Below, one piece after another: positions 30,246 to 39,870 of a stretch of 64,000 bases of DNA (position 1 is the first letter of the stretch; the number at the start of each line of letters is the position of its first letter). The stretch is taken from assembly GCA_964443275.1 (NCBI GenBank), contig CAYUCE010000002.1:358-64357 (forward strand), written 5' to 3'. Source of the stretch: an uncultured Thermotogae bacterium (GTDB taxonomy: Bacteria; Bipolaricaulota; Bipolaricaulia; CAYUCE01). Under the pieces are notes generated by a model. The model did not search any database. It had not been told where the DNA came from and saw nothing but the letters and a program-made list of their open reading frames with translations. Made by a program: the position numbers and the translations under genes.

Positions 30246-31604
30246 TTATAGTTTATATCTAACCGTATACCTAATAGTTGACTCCTCATCTGGCTCCACT
30301 TCCACCGTAAAACCTATTCTTTGGGCATCCAATTTCTCAAAGGTGGGATAGGAATGTAAAATCTCCCAGCTTCCCCTTAAATTCTCAATCACTTTGACCG
30401 TGACCTCTTCCTCCTTATGGCTTCTTAGAGTTATCTGATAGGATTCGATGTAAGTTTCCTCATCAACCTTCTGATAGTCAGTTCTCTTTCTTTCACCTAC
30501 AATATCAAAGGCGGCGCCTAAAGTAAGGTTGACCTTTTCATCGGTAGGAGTATGTGATATCCGATCCTCACCAATGAACCTGAGTCCGTCTTCATCCTGT
30601 TGATAAAACTTGACCGTGCCCGCCGGTAAGGGCTTTCCCAGTCCGTTGGATTCAGAGTTGGTAAAGTTTAGGGAAACTTGTACCCCATCTTCAACTTGTC
30701 CTTGATAGGTATATACCTTTTCTACTTTAACTCCGGAGGCGGTGATGAAGGATAGCTGTCTTTGTTCACCATCTTTTAAGCTTACCTTTCGATTCAAGGA
30801 ATATCGATGATATTCAAAAAGTCTTTGTGATTCAAATCCAGCTTCTGCTTCCGGAGCCATAGCTTTAAGGAACGCCGTCCCCCGATTACTTTCCGCTCGA
30901 TGCAGCTCGCCAGCAACCAGTTCTAGGAGTGCGTTTTGGAAAGTCTTCCCGCCTTGGTTGGCTACAGAAATCCAACTGGTAAGATCAGACCTTTGAGGGC
31001 CGGTGAGAACAATTGAGTAATAAGCATTCCAATCAAGCCCTTCAGTCAAATAATTGATCCTGATCTTATATGCTCCCTCTTTTTCCCCATCTGCGATCTT
31101 CCACAATAGATACGGCTCAGGGGCAAAATCTTCCGGGAGGCCGGGAAAACTTAACTCCACCGGGTCTTTGATTAACTCCACCTTTCCCGATTGATCTTTC
31201 AAAATTATTCCTCCAGAGGTGCCAAGAAGGATCCCCTTATAAGTTTTGTATCCCATGCTCCCCTGAGCAATAACTTCAATCTGTTTACCCACAAAACTTG
31301 CCAAGAGATTCTCCTGGGTGACCGGCTTGAAGTGATAGCTTTGTTCGAGTACGGAAAGTTGACCTGGGCCCTCCAAAGTTTTTATCTGTAGAGAGGTAGG
31401 CATAATCCGGCGAGGGATATCTTCTATTTTCACCTCTTGAGTACCTTTTTCAACTTCCAAGAGCCGCACCTCCGATACGGAGGCCAAATTCTGTTGATAG
31501 ATAGCTAAAATTGTTTGGTCCGCTTCCTCCTGATTGAGCCCCTGTAAAGAGGTAAATCCCAATAATACAGCTATCAAAACAACCAGCGTAAATACCTTCT
31601 TCAT
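30246..31604 (-). CDS. Secreted DUF4139-like protein (MuiA-like family)
   Basis: Signal peptide, then TEGLDWNAYYSIVL, which resembles the conserved DUF4139 core as remembered. Length is 452 aa. Confidence 0.4.
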   Translation of the reverse strand: MKKVFTLVVLIAVLLGFTSLQGLNQEEADQTILAIYQQNLASVSEVRLLEVEKGTQEVKIEDIPRRIMPTSLQIKTLEGPGQLSVLEQSYHFKPVTQENLLASFVGKQIEVIAQGSMGYKTYKGILLGTSGGIILKDQSGKVELIKDPVELSFPGLPEDFAPEPYLLWKIADGEKEGAYKIRINYLTEGLDWNAYYSIVLTGPQRSDLTSWISVANQGGKTFQNALLELVAGELHRAESNRGTAFLKAMAPEAEAGFESQRLFEYHRYSLNRKVSLKDGEQRQLSFITASGVKVEKVYTYQGQVEDGVQVSLNFTNSESNGLGKPLPAGTVKFYQQDEDGLRFIGEDRISHTPTDEKVNLTLGAAFDIVGERKRTDYQKVDEETYIESYQITLRSHKEEEVTVKVIENLRGSWEILHSYPTFEKLDAQRIGFTVEVEPDEESTIRYTVRYKL

Positions 31605-31675
31605 TTCACTTCCCCTCCTTATAAAAAGTTGAGTGGTTTAGTGGTTGAGTCGTTAACTTTTTAACTCCCCGCTAC

Positions 31676-32173
31676 TTAACTACTTTTCACGTCCTGGCCC
31701 ATCTTATTCAACTGCGACCTGGCTAGGCCAATCAAATCCAAATCTTGGGTGCCTTCTGCCCGGTTCCATGAATAGATAGTGACCATATTATTTACCCTAA
31801 ATACCAGCTCTCTGGGCTTTCCTTGCCGAGCGGGTTTAATGTAGGCTTGGTCGGCTAAGTCTTCGTCAGGAAGTGCGTTTTCCCCTGCTTCCTCCAATTT
31901 CTGATTGTAGAACGAACTTGCCTCTTTTACATCATCGAACTTAAGTATGGACTGAGCCAAAGTTGAATTATCAGTTTTTTCAAATATAGCGGTAATTCCT
32001 ATCAATGGCTCTTCCGGGGAGCCTTCCGCTACCAGCTCCCATCCTGGGCCCAGTTCTTGAGGTTTAAATAAATAAGCGGCAAGTTCACTTTTTGGGTTAT
32101 CTTCTGCCACTACTAATACTACCATACAAATAAACATAAACAGCGCTACTAACAACAGTACCCAACGTCTCAC
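31676..32173 (-). CDS. Secreted or membrane-anchored hypothetical protein
   Basis: 165 aa with an N-terminal hydrophobic helix. Confidence 0.3.
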   Translation of the reverse strand: MRRWVLLLVALFMFICMVVLVVAEDNPKSELAAYLFKPQELGPGWELVAEGSPEEPLIGITAIFEKTDNSTLAQSILKFDDVKEASSFYNQKLEEAGENALPDEDLADQAYIKPARQGKPRELVFRVNNMVTIYSWNRAEGTQDLDLIGLARSQLNKMGQDVKSS

Positions 32174-32315
32174 TTAAATCACCCCTTGTAACATAACTTG
32201 ACCTGCTAAATTAAGATAATCCAAGACGGGCTTTTTTTCAACTCCTCCCATCGGCTTCCAAGTTAGCCTCTAACCGATTGATGTCCGCATCCTCTTTCGA
32301 TAAAATCAAGTTGCA

Positions 32316-34190
32316 ATGGGTGAAAGATCCGATCTTAAAAATCTTAAAAGTAACCTCGGAGTTTTGCCAAACCAACCGGGAGTCTACTTATTTCGGGACA
32401 AAAGCGGCCGGGTAATATATGTAGGAAAGGCTGCATCGCTTAAGAAGAGGGTCAGTTCCTACTTCAGAAATGGATCACCTGCCGATCCCAAGACGAATTC
32501 TGTGGTAAGCGAGGCTGCCGATTTTGATTACATAGTAGCCAACTCAGAACAAGAAGCCCTAATCTTAGAATGTAACTTGATAAAGGAGTACAAGCCAAGA
32601 TATAACTCCAGACTCAAAGATGACAAGAAGTTCCCCTACTTAAAGCTTACCACCGCAGAATTGTTTCCTCGCTTACTTATAGACCGTCAGGTGGCAAATG
32701 ACGGTAGTAAATATTTTGGTCCCTATACCGATGTTCAAATGATCAGAAATAATTTAAACTTATTGCGGCGCCTGTTTCCGGTAAGGACCTGTAGTGATCG
32801 GATAACCTCCGAGGGTAGTACCAGGCGGGACCGTCCTTGCCTTGATTATTGGATTGATCAGTGCAGCGCCCCTTGCGTCAAAAAAATAGATGTACAAGGA
32901 TACCAAAAAATAATAAAAGACCTGATAAGCTTTCTTTCTGGAGGGAAAAGAAAGGTCCTTTCTCAGCTTAAAAAAAAGATGAAAGAGCATTCCGAAAAAT
33001 TGGAATTTGAGCGGGCGGCAAGGGTAAAGAACCAGATACGGGCTTTCGAGAAACTAACCAGCTCCCAGGTTATAACTACCTCCACCTTAGATAACCGTGA
33101 CTGTATAGGGATGGCCGTAAACCATGACCTTTGTTGTTTGGCTGTTCTTTTTATCCGAGAAGGTAGGGTAAAGGGTAAAGAGACTTTGTTTATGGAGGTA
33201 CCCCCGAAATCTAGGCCGGAAGAGATCCTGTCCTCCTTTGTCAAGCAATTTTATATGGATGCCTCCTTTATACCCAAAGAAATTCTTCTTCCTAATAATT
33301 TGGATGATAAAAAAACTACCGGCAACTGGCTTTCAGGAAAAAAAGGGAATAAGGTGTATTTGAAGGTTCCTCAAAGAGGAGATAAACGAAAAATAGTCAA
33401 AATGGCAAACCGTAATGCCCAATTGACCCTGGGAGAAGAGGAGATTAAGCATAAATCCGACCGTAAAAGGAATCAAATATTAAAGGAGCTGCAGGATGCT
33501 TTAGGTTTAAGAAAAATACCGAACCGAATGGAGGCATATGATATATCCCAGGTAGGGGGAACCAAAGCGGTAGGGTCCATGGTGGTATTTGAAGGTGGAC
33601 TTCCCAAAAAATCTGACTACCGCCGATTTAAAATAGAAACTGTACAGGGGGTCGACGACTACGGAATGATGGAAGAGGTGCTTATGAGAAGATTTAAACA
33701 CGGCCTGCGGGAGCAAAAAGCAACCCCTCAAAGTTTTTCTGAATGGGCACACTGGCCTGACTTGATACTTATAGACGGGGGAAAGGGCCAGCTTAAGGTC
33801 GCTCAAAACGTTCTTACTAAACTTGATTTAACTGAGGTAGAAGCGATGGGGTTGGCCAAGGAAAATGAAGAGATTTTCTTACCCCGGCGGAAGTCACCGC
33901 TAAACCTGCCTTCGGATTCCAAAGTCCTTCACCTTTTGCAACATATCCGAGATGAAGCACACCGCTTTGCACTTAGTTATCATCGCACGCTTAGAAAAAG
34001 GAGCATGAGTAAATCCGCTTTGGATTCAATCCGCGGAGTGGGGCCGGCCAGAAAAAAAGCTATTTTGAACCATTTTGGTTCCCTGGCTAATCTTAAAAAT
34101 GCCTCGCTGGCCGAAATCTCCTCTGTACCCGGCCTTCCGGAAAAAGTTGCTCAAAGAATTTATCGAAATTTCTCCCAAAATGTAAGCTAA
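32316..34190 (+). CDS. uvrC: Excinuclease ABC subunit C
   Basis: GIY-YIG (GVYLFRDKSGRVIYVGKA), a UvrB/C-interacting domain, and C-terminal RNase H-like and HhH domains. Length is 624 aa. Confidence 0.95.
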   Translation: MGERSDLKNLKSNLGVLPNQPGVYLFRDKSGRVIYVGKAASLKKRVSSYFRNGSPADPKTNSVVSEAADFDYIVANSEQEALILECNLIKEYKPRYNSRLKDDKKFPYLKLTTAELFPRLLIDRQVANDGSKYFGPYTDVQMIRNNLNLLRRLFPVRTCSDRITSEGSTRRDRPCLDYWIDQCSAPCVKKIDVQGYQKIIKDLISFLSGGKRKVLSQLKKKMKEHSEKLEFERAARVKNQIRAFEKLTSSQVITTSTLDNRDCIGMAVNHDLCCLAVLFIREGRVKGKETLFMEVPPKSRPEEILSSFVKQFYMDASFIPKEILLPNNLDDKKTTGNWLSGKKGNKVYLKVPQRGDKRKIVKMANRNAQLTLGEEEIKHKSDRKRNQILKELQDALGLRKIPNRMEAYDISQVGGTKAVGSMVVFEGGLPKKSDYRRFKIETVQGVDDYGMMEEVLMRRFKHGLREQKATPQSFSEWAHWPDLILIDGGKGQLKVAQNVLTKLDLTEVEAMGLAKENEEIFLPRRKSPLNLPSDSKVLHLLQHIRDEAHRFALSYHRTLRKRSMSKSALDSIRGVGPARKKAILNHFGSLANLKNASLAEISSVPGLPEKVAQRIYRNFSQNVS

Positions 34191-34225
34191 GACTTGGTCC
34201 TAAAACCTTCAATTCCTCTTTTCTG

Positions 34226-34546
34226 AAGTTTTGATATAAGCAAGAAACTAGATTGTAGGTCGCAAGTGAACAGAAACTTTCGTGATATGTAGGGCATTTC
34301 CTTCGGGAATCCCGAATCGGTGTGACGGGGCTCCCTCGCTTACGCTCGGTCACACATATGCGCGCACCTCTCTCGGAATTCCCTCGGATGCCCAATGGAT
34401 AGGGAGGAGAGGATAAATTTTTCTTGGAGCTTAAGAATCTGTTTGACGAGCGTTAGCGAGGAGTTATGCAGCGAGGAAGAAAATTTTATCCTCTCCCCTA
34501 AGCGAGCAGTATAGCAAAATAGCTGGAAAGCTTATATCAAAATTTT
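34226..34546. other. Highly structured intergenic element with nested and interleaved inverted repeats (candidate structured RNA or MITE-like repeat)
   Basis: Outer inverted repeat ttttgatataagc (34229-34241) pairs with gcttatatcaaaa (34530-34542). A 20-bp inverted repeat has arms at 34406-34425 and 34477-34496. Hairpin gtgtgac (34320-34326) pairs with gtcacac (34349-34355). The hairpin loop segment 34330-34350 is complementary to 34445-34463. There are also short palindromes gggaatccc and ggaattcc. Confidence 0.4.
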
Positions 34547-34632
34547 AGTCCCCTTTTAAGTAACTTGACAGCCCGATAACTATCCGCTATTATTTTATAT
34601 AATGAAATCTTAATTTTATTAAAGGAAATAGC

Positions 34633-35391
34633 ATGGAGAAGACTCGGAAATCACGAACTGTCCTAAAAGCACTTGAAGTCTTAGAAGAGTTATCCAAGCT
34701 CGAGGAAGGGTTAACAAATGCGGAGCTTTCTCGCCGCCTTGGTCTTCATCCCAGCACCAGTTACCGGCTTCTAAATACTCTGGTCAGCAAAAATTATTTG
34801 AGTAAGGAAAATGGCCTTTACCGGCTGGGACATAAGATCCTGCAGCTTAAGTACTTGGCCCGCCGGGAGGAGAATTTGCGCCAGCGGGCACGTCCCTGGT
34901 TAATCAAGCTGGAGAGTGAAACCGGTTTTACCACAAACTTGGCCATCCTTGATATGCTTAATGCTGTACCGATTGAAATTGTAAGCGGTTCAAAGAATTT
35001 AGTAGTAAACAAAAACCTAGGCAAGCCAGTCCCACTTCATGCCACTGCAGTGGGTAAATGTCTGCTTGCATATCTACCCAAATCTGAGAGAAAAAAGCTC
35101 CTGGCTCAACTGAAACTTCAAAAGTTGACTCCGAAAACTATAACTAAGAAGGAGAAGCTACTTGAAGAGCTTAAAACCATCAAAAGACGCGGGTTTGCGG
35201 TAGATGATGAAGAGTTTGTAACCGGAATAAGATGCGTTGGAGCCCCCATATTTTCAAAGAAGGAAGCCCTAGCTGCCATAAGCGTCTCCAGCTTGTCTTC
35301 TCAGCTAGATGACGACCAGATAGGCAAAGTAGCAAAACAGGTCATTAGGACAGCGAAGGAAATCTCCTATCAGGCGGAAAATATTTCCTGA
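34633..35391 (+). CDS. IclR-family transcriptional regulator
   Basis: N-terminal wHTH (LTNAELSRRLGLHPSTSYRLLNTL) and a C-terminal IclR effector domain. A TTGACA-17-TATTAT promoter-like sequence lies at about 34563-34591. Confidence 0.85.
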   Translation: MEKTRKSRTVLKALEVLEELSKLEEGLTNAELSRRLGLHPSTSYRLLNTLVSKNYLSKENGLYRLGHKILQLKYLARREENLRQRARPWLIKLESETGFTTNLAILDMLNAVPIEIVSGSKNLVVNKNLGKPVPLHATAVGKCLLAYLPKSERKKLLAQLKLQKLTPKTITKKEKLLEELKTIKRRGFAVDDEEFVTGIRCVGAPIFSKKEALAAISVSSLSSQLDDDQIGKVAKQVIRTAKEISYQAENIS

Positions 35392-35405
35392 GGAGGCTAT
35401 TACAA

Positions 35406-36722
35406 GTGACTAACTTTATTAACTTAAAAAACGAACTTCCCGGAAAGAAGTCACAAGAAATCGCCCAAAAGAGAAAGATGTATGTGACTCAAGCCGTGGG
35501 CAAACAATCGCTTTGCCCCGGTTATATTGCCAGTGGTGATGGCGCTTTAGTTACTGACGTAGACGGAAATACCTTTATCGATTTTACCGGGGGTTGGGGA
35601 TGTTTAATTGTGGGTCATACTCCAACCAGAGTAGTGAAAGCAATTAAAGAACAAGCTGAGAAATATCTTCACACGGACTTTTCAGCAGTTCCGTACGAAC
35701 CCTACGTCGAGCTTGCCGAGCGATTGGTTAAGCTGGCCCCCGGCGATTGGCCCAAAAAGGCGGCCTTTTTTAATAGTGGAGCAGAAGCGGTGGAAAATGC
35801 GGTAAAGATATCACGTGCTTACACCGGAAGGAAAGCAGTGATAGTATTCGAAAATGCCTTTCACGGCCGGACACTTCTAACTATGACCATGACCCACAAA
35901 GCCAAACCCTATAAGTACAAGTTTGGCCCATTTGCCTCCGATATCTACCGGCTACCCTATCCCAACTCCTATCGTTCTGATGGAAAATCAAAAGACTGGG
36001 AGCGGGAACTTACTTCTCTGGTCAATCCTGAAGAGGTGGCTTGCTTAGTAATAGAGCCCATACAAGGTGAAGGGGGGTTTTTAGTTCCTCCGGATGGATT
36101 CTTAAAACAATTACGGGATCTGTGTGACAAGTACGGTATCTTGTTTGTAGCAGATGAGATTCAAACCGGTATGGGCAGGACGGGGAAGATGTTTGCTATC
36201 CAACATTGGGACATCGAACCGGACATTATTACAGTAGCCAAATCGCTGGCTGCCGGGCTTCCTCTATCCGGGGTAATCGCCAAAAAAGAAGTCATCGATT
36301 CTCTTATCGAGGGAGCCATCGGAGGTACATATTGTGGAAATCCACTTGCCTGCCGGGCAGCCATCGAGGTCTTAAACCTTATCCAGGAAGAAAATCTCCT
36401 TTCACGAGCCGAAAAAATCGGCAAACAAATAAAGGAAAGATTTACTTCGATGAAGGAAAAGTACGAAATCATAGGCCATATACGGGGTATAGGAGCCATG
36501 GTGGGAATGGAATTTGTTAAAGATAGAGATACTAAGGAGCCTGCTTCAGAGGCTACTTCCCAGATCGTTAAAGATTGTGTTTCACATGGACTGCTTGTTC
36601 CCAGCTGCGGAATTTACAATAACGTAATCAGGTTGCTAGTGCCTTTGGTAATTACCGACTCCCAGCTAAGCGAGGGCCGTGACGTATTGGAAGATGCAGT
36701 CGCTAGAGTTGCAGGAATCTAA
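35406..36722 (+). CDS. Class-III PLP-dependent aminotransferase (GabT/ornithine/putrescine aminotransferase-like), copy A
   Basis: 438 aa. The Lys-PLP region is DEIQTGMGRTGKMFA. The central about 1.1 kb is near-identical to copy B at 48598..49917. Confidence 0.85.
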   Translation: MTNFINLKNELPGKKSQEIAQKRKMYVTQAVGKQSLCPGYIASGDGALVTDVDGNTFIDFTGGWGCLIVGHTPTRVVKAIKEQAEKYLHTDFSAVPYEPYVELAERLVKLAPGDWPKKAAFFNSGAEAVENAVKISRAYTGRKAVIVFENAFHGRTLLTMTMTHKAKPYKYKFGPFASDIYRLPYPNSYRSDGKSKDWERELTSLVNPEEVACLVIEPIQGEGGFLVPPDGFLKQLRDLCDKYGILFVADEIQTGMGRTGKMFAIQHWDIEPDIITVAKSLAAGLPLSGVIAKKEVIDSLIEGAIGGTYCGNPLACRAAIEVLNLIQEENLLSRAEKIGKQIKERFTSMKEKYEIIGHIRGIGAMVGMEFVKDRDTKEPASEATSQIVKDCVSHGLLVPSCGIYNNVIRLLVPLVITDSQLSEGRDVLEDAVARVAGI

Positions 36723-36966
36723 GATTTTTAGAATAGGTTGGTAAGTTAAATACGGAGCAACGCAACCTAGTTCCATTATCTTTCCCATTTACATGATCTG
36801 TTCAACCTAGATGAACGACGATCAGGAAGTTAAGATATCGTACTTATTTTGGTAGCTATCTGTAAACCAATCGCTATCATTGAGATATACGGCTTAACTT
36901 AGGATAGTAAACTTTATGAGTTCCTCCTGGAAGACTAGAATGTGAGATCTGAAAGTGATTAATATC

Positions 36967-37878
36967 CTATTTTCTTCCGGAATCTAAATAACTATCGCCA
37001 TAAAAGATCTGGTGATCTTCCCAGAGCTGCTCCAGCTTCTCCAGATATTGTGTAGAGTCCTCCTTTAGCTTAAGGCTCAATGCTGTCCCGATGGCCCCGA
37101 TAAGACTGATAGGGGCAGTGAATGAATCAATGTACGAGAGAATACGACATTTCCCCAGTAACAAATGATCGGCATGTTCAGCCAGAGGAGAGAATTCACT
37201 ATCGGTGATGACCACTGTTGTTATGTCTTCTCGTTTAGCGGCCTGCAAACATTCCACAATCTCTCGGGAGTATCTGGGGAAGTTTAACCCGATAACCAAG
37301 CTGTTCTCCGACAAGCGGGCCAGTTCGCTATAGAAGACCATTGGGGTTGAGGTTATTGCTTTTACCCCATCTCGGACCCAGCGAAGAACTGTCTCCAAGT
37401 ATTCAGCTAAAGGGGAGAAGATCGTAAAAGCAACAATAACAATCTTATCGGCAGCCAGGATCTTTTCGATGACTTCTCCCACTTCTTCAAGGTCCAGGTT
37501 TTGCAAAGTATCTTCAAGGTTGTGAAGGTCAAGCAACAGGGTCTTCACTACCGGATTGGCCTTGTCTTTCACGTGGGGATGGTATTTCTTTAACCGGTTA
37601 ACGGTGGTGAGCTTGCGTTGTACCAGATCCTGAATCTTCTCCTGCAGTTCAGGATATCCTTCAAAACCACAATCCTTGGCAAATCGCACTACAGTGGATT
37701 CACTGACCTCTGTTATCTCTGCCAATTCAGCCGCAGTCATAAAGGCAACCTGGAGAAGATTGTCCAGTATAAACTTAGCGATTCTCCTCTTCTTACCCGA
37801 TAGCTCTCCCCTTTTTTCTCTTATGAGCGAATCTATATCTTTCAACTTTCCACCTTCCCTATTTAGTTGCAAGTTCAA
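36967..37878 (-). CDS. RpiR/MurR-family transcriptional regulator (HTH_6 plus SIS domain)
   Basis: ITEVSESTVVRFAKDCGFEGYPELQ is the HTH, followed by a SIS phosphosugar-binding fold. It is divergent from the ABC substrate-binding protein gene. Confidence 0.85.
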   Translation of the reverse strand: MNLQLNREGGKLKDIDSLIREKRGELSGKKRRIAKFILDNLLQVAFMTAAELAEITEVSESTVVRFAKDCGFEGYPELQEKIQDLVQRKLTTVNRLKKYHPHVKDKANPVVKTLLLDLHNLEDTLQNLDLEEVGEVIEKILAADKIVIVAFTIFSPLAEYLETVLRWVRDGVKAITSTPMVFYSELARLSENSLVIGLNFPRYSREIVECLQAAKREDITTVVITDSEFSPLAEHADHLLLGKCRILSYIDSFTAPISLIGAIGTALSLKLKEDSTQYLEKLEQLWEDHQIFYGDSYLDSGRK

Positions 37879-37942
37879 TTAAGATTAGCACGTTGTTACA
37901 TGGCTTTCAAGGTTCTACCAACCTATCCACCAATCGCCTTTA

Positions 37943-37958
37943 TGCAAGGAATCTTGCA
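37943..37958. promoter_or_regulatory. Perfect 6-4-6 palindrome TGCAAGgaatCTTGCA (candidate operator)
   Basis: Located 13 nt upstream of the -35 of the consensus promoter, in the RpiR/substrate-binding protein divergent region. Confidence 0.3.
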
Positions 37959-37970
37959 CTCTCCCTAAAC

Positions 37971-37999
37971 TTGACAGAAAAGTTGAATTATGTTATAAT
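37971..37999 (+). promoter_or_regulatory. Consensus sigma-70-type promoter TTGACA-17 nt-TATAAT driving the substrate-binding protein/permease operon
   Basis: Exact TTGACA at 37971-37976, a 17-nt spacer, and exact TATAAT at 37994-37999. It lies about 175 nt upstream of the ATG at 38176. Confidence 0.45.
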
Positions 38000-38175
38000 A
38001 ATTAAAACTATTTTCCAAGAAATTTAAGTCAAGTAAGGATATAGACCCAAGGGAAGTGTAACTTGGCTGATTTTGTAGACGGAGGTGATATATAGTAGAG
38101 ACCTTACTCAACTTATGAGATGTATCAAGACAGAGGAACTAGAATTACAAAAGAAATATAAGGAGGTAGACAGAA

Positions 38176-39750
38176 ATGGCAAAACGTCTAATCACATTTT
38201 TTGTGCTAATTAGTTTACTTGCATTCGCAAATTCTGTTGGTACGCCTCAGTCAGAAAAATATGGCGGAACGGTTCACTTCGGAATTTCCACAACACTTCC
38301 GTCGTTGAACCCCCTTAAAGGAGTAGCACCCTCAACTCGAGGTGGGACTCGGACTATTCTCACAGTTTATCGAGGCTTACTTGGATTTAATTCTGACAGT
38401 GAGTTAGTCCCTGAATTGGCAGAAAGTTACGAAACCTCAGATAATAAAACTTGGGGTTTTCGTCTGCGTGAAAACGCGAAATTTCATAATGGTGAACCGG
38501 TAATAGCCGAAGATGTTAAATTTACATTTGACTGGATTCGTGACCCTGATAATGGTGCTTTTGGCTATCAGTACTTAAAGAGAATTAAAAACACCACAAT
38601 AGTTGATAAGCATACCATAGAAATTGAACTTAAATCTCCAGATGCAACTTTTGCTTCACTGCTAACTCAAGCTTGCGCGGTTATTGTTTCAAAAGACTGG
38701 TGGCAAGATCCCGAAACTAATCCAGACATTGAAATGATGGGTGCAGGACCTTTTAAGTTTGAAGATTTAGTCGAAGGAGTAAAAGTTGTGACCAAGCGAT
38801 TTGACGATTTCTACAAAGAGGGGTTCCCGTACCTAGATAAGATGGTTGTTCACTTCTATCCCGATGAAGAAAGTAGAATTAATGCCTTGCTGGCTGGTGA
38901 TTTGGATATTATAGGTTATCCGCCTTGGAGATACATGAAGAAGATAGATGCTGACCCAAATTATGAATTGGAACTTGCCTCAGGCGTTTTAATGACCGTA
39001 GCTTTCAATCTAACGGTGGAACCTTGGACTAACATAAAAGTTCGAGAGGCCATCAGTTACGCTCTAAAACGCGATGACTACGTAGAAGGTGTTTTCTATG
39101 GCTATGCGGAGCCAATACGGGGCCCTTTGACACCTCCTGACATGAAACAGTGGTATCATGAGGGGCTAGCTGAGTTCTTTGAATACAATCCAGAAAAGGC
39201 AAAGAGACTACTTGCTGAGGCAGGTTATCCTGATGGCTTTAAGACAACAATCTTCTCAAACTATACATATGGGATGTACAAAAGAACCGCAGAAATTCTG
39301 CAAAGACAATTAAAAGAAGTGGGAATTGAAGGGGAACTTGAGCTAGTCGATTGGCCCGAGCAGGTAGAGAGATCCTGGAGCGGTAACTTTACAGGTCTAA
39401 AAGTAATAGGTACACTTTTCTTTTATCCAGATCCTGACTCTTATGTGACCACAATAGGTATTTCTGCAAAGCCTACGTTCGCATCATATGGTATAGAATC
39501 TGGAGATGTCAAAGTTCCGCTAATGAAACAAGCCCTAGAGGAAGCTCGAACTGCCGTAACAACAAAAAAAAGAGACGAATGGTATCGTGCATTCGAAGGA
39601 CTTTTCCTTGCTAAGTTTCTACAGATACCTCTCGTTGGTAGATATGATGGGACTGCTCTGAGTAAACGAGTTCAAAATTACGATCCTCCTTGTGGACAAC
39701 TCACCGGCTTTAGTGCTTTTGCACATGATTATATCTGGCTGGAACATTAA
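38176..39750 (+). CDS. ABC transporter substrate-binding protein, family 5 (peptide/nickel/opine type)
   Basis: Signal peptide, then an SBP_bac_5-like body. Length is 524 aa. Confidence 0.85.
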   Translation: MAKRLITFFVLISLLAFANSVGTPQSEKYGGTVHFGISTTLPSLNPLKGVAPSTRGGTRTILTVYRGLLGFNSDSELVPELAESYETSDNKTWGFRLRENAKFHNGEPVIAEDVKFTFDWIRDPDNGAFGYQYLKRIKNTTIVDKHTIEIELKSPDATFASLLTQACAVIVSKDWWQDPETNPDIEMMGAGPFKFEDLVEGVKVVTKRFDDFYKEGFPYLDKMVVHFYPDEESRINALLAGDLDIIGYPPWRYMKKIDADPNYELELASGVLMTVAFNLTVEPWTNIKVREAISYALKRDDYVEGVFYGYAEPIRGPLTPPDMKQWYHEGLAEFFEYNPEKAKRLLAEAGYPDGFKTTIFSNYTYGMYKRTAEILQRQLKEVGIEGELELVDWPEQVERSWSGNFTGLKVIGTLFFYPDPDSYVTTIGISAKPTFASYGIESGDVKVPLMKQALEEARTAVTTKKRDEWYRAFEGLFLAKFLQIPLVGRYDGTALSKRVQNYDPPCGQLTGFSAFAHDYIWLEH

Positions 39751-39837
39751 CAGGATTTCAAAAGGAAATATGCTTTAACACATGTGTAAACTTTGTACTT
39801 GATATTTTCGGAGCGGAAACTAGAAATAAATACACAT

Positions 39838-39870
39838 ATTCACAGGAGCTTTTCAAAAGCTCCTGTGAAT
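39838..39870. promoter_or_regulatory. Perfect 33-bp palindrome ATTCACAGGAGCTTTT-c-AAAAGCTCCTGTGAAT (intercistronic hairpin or operator)
   Basis: Two 16-nt perfectly complementary arms lie about 90 nt after the substrate-binding protein stop, inside a 430-nt gap before the permease gene. There is no downstream T-run. Confidence 0.35.

Noticed and set aside
34093-34395. Minus-strand ORF of 100 aa
   Set aside because: It overlaps the uvrC 3' end and the structured intergenic element. It is Arg-rich and spurious.
36161-36520. Antisense ORFs of 112 and 104 aa with identical copies at 49362..49721
   Set aside because: They are by-products of the near-identical nucleotide duplication of the aminotransferase genes and sit in an Arg/Ser-rich antisense frame. 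They are not independent genes.
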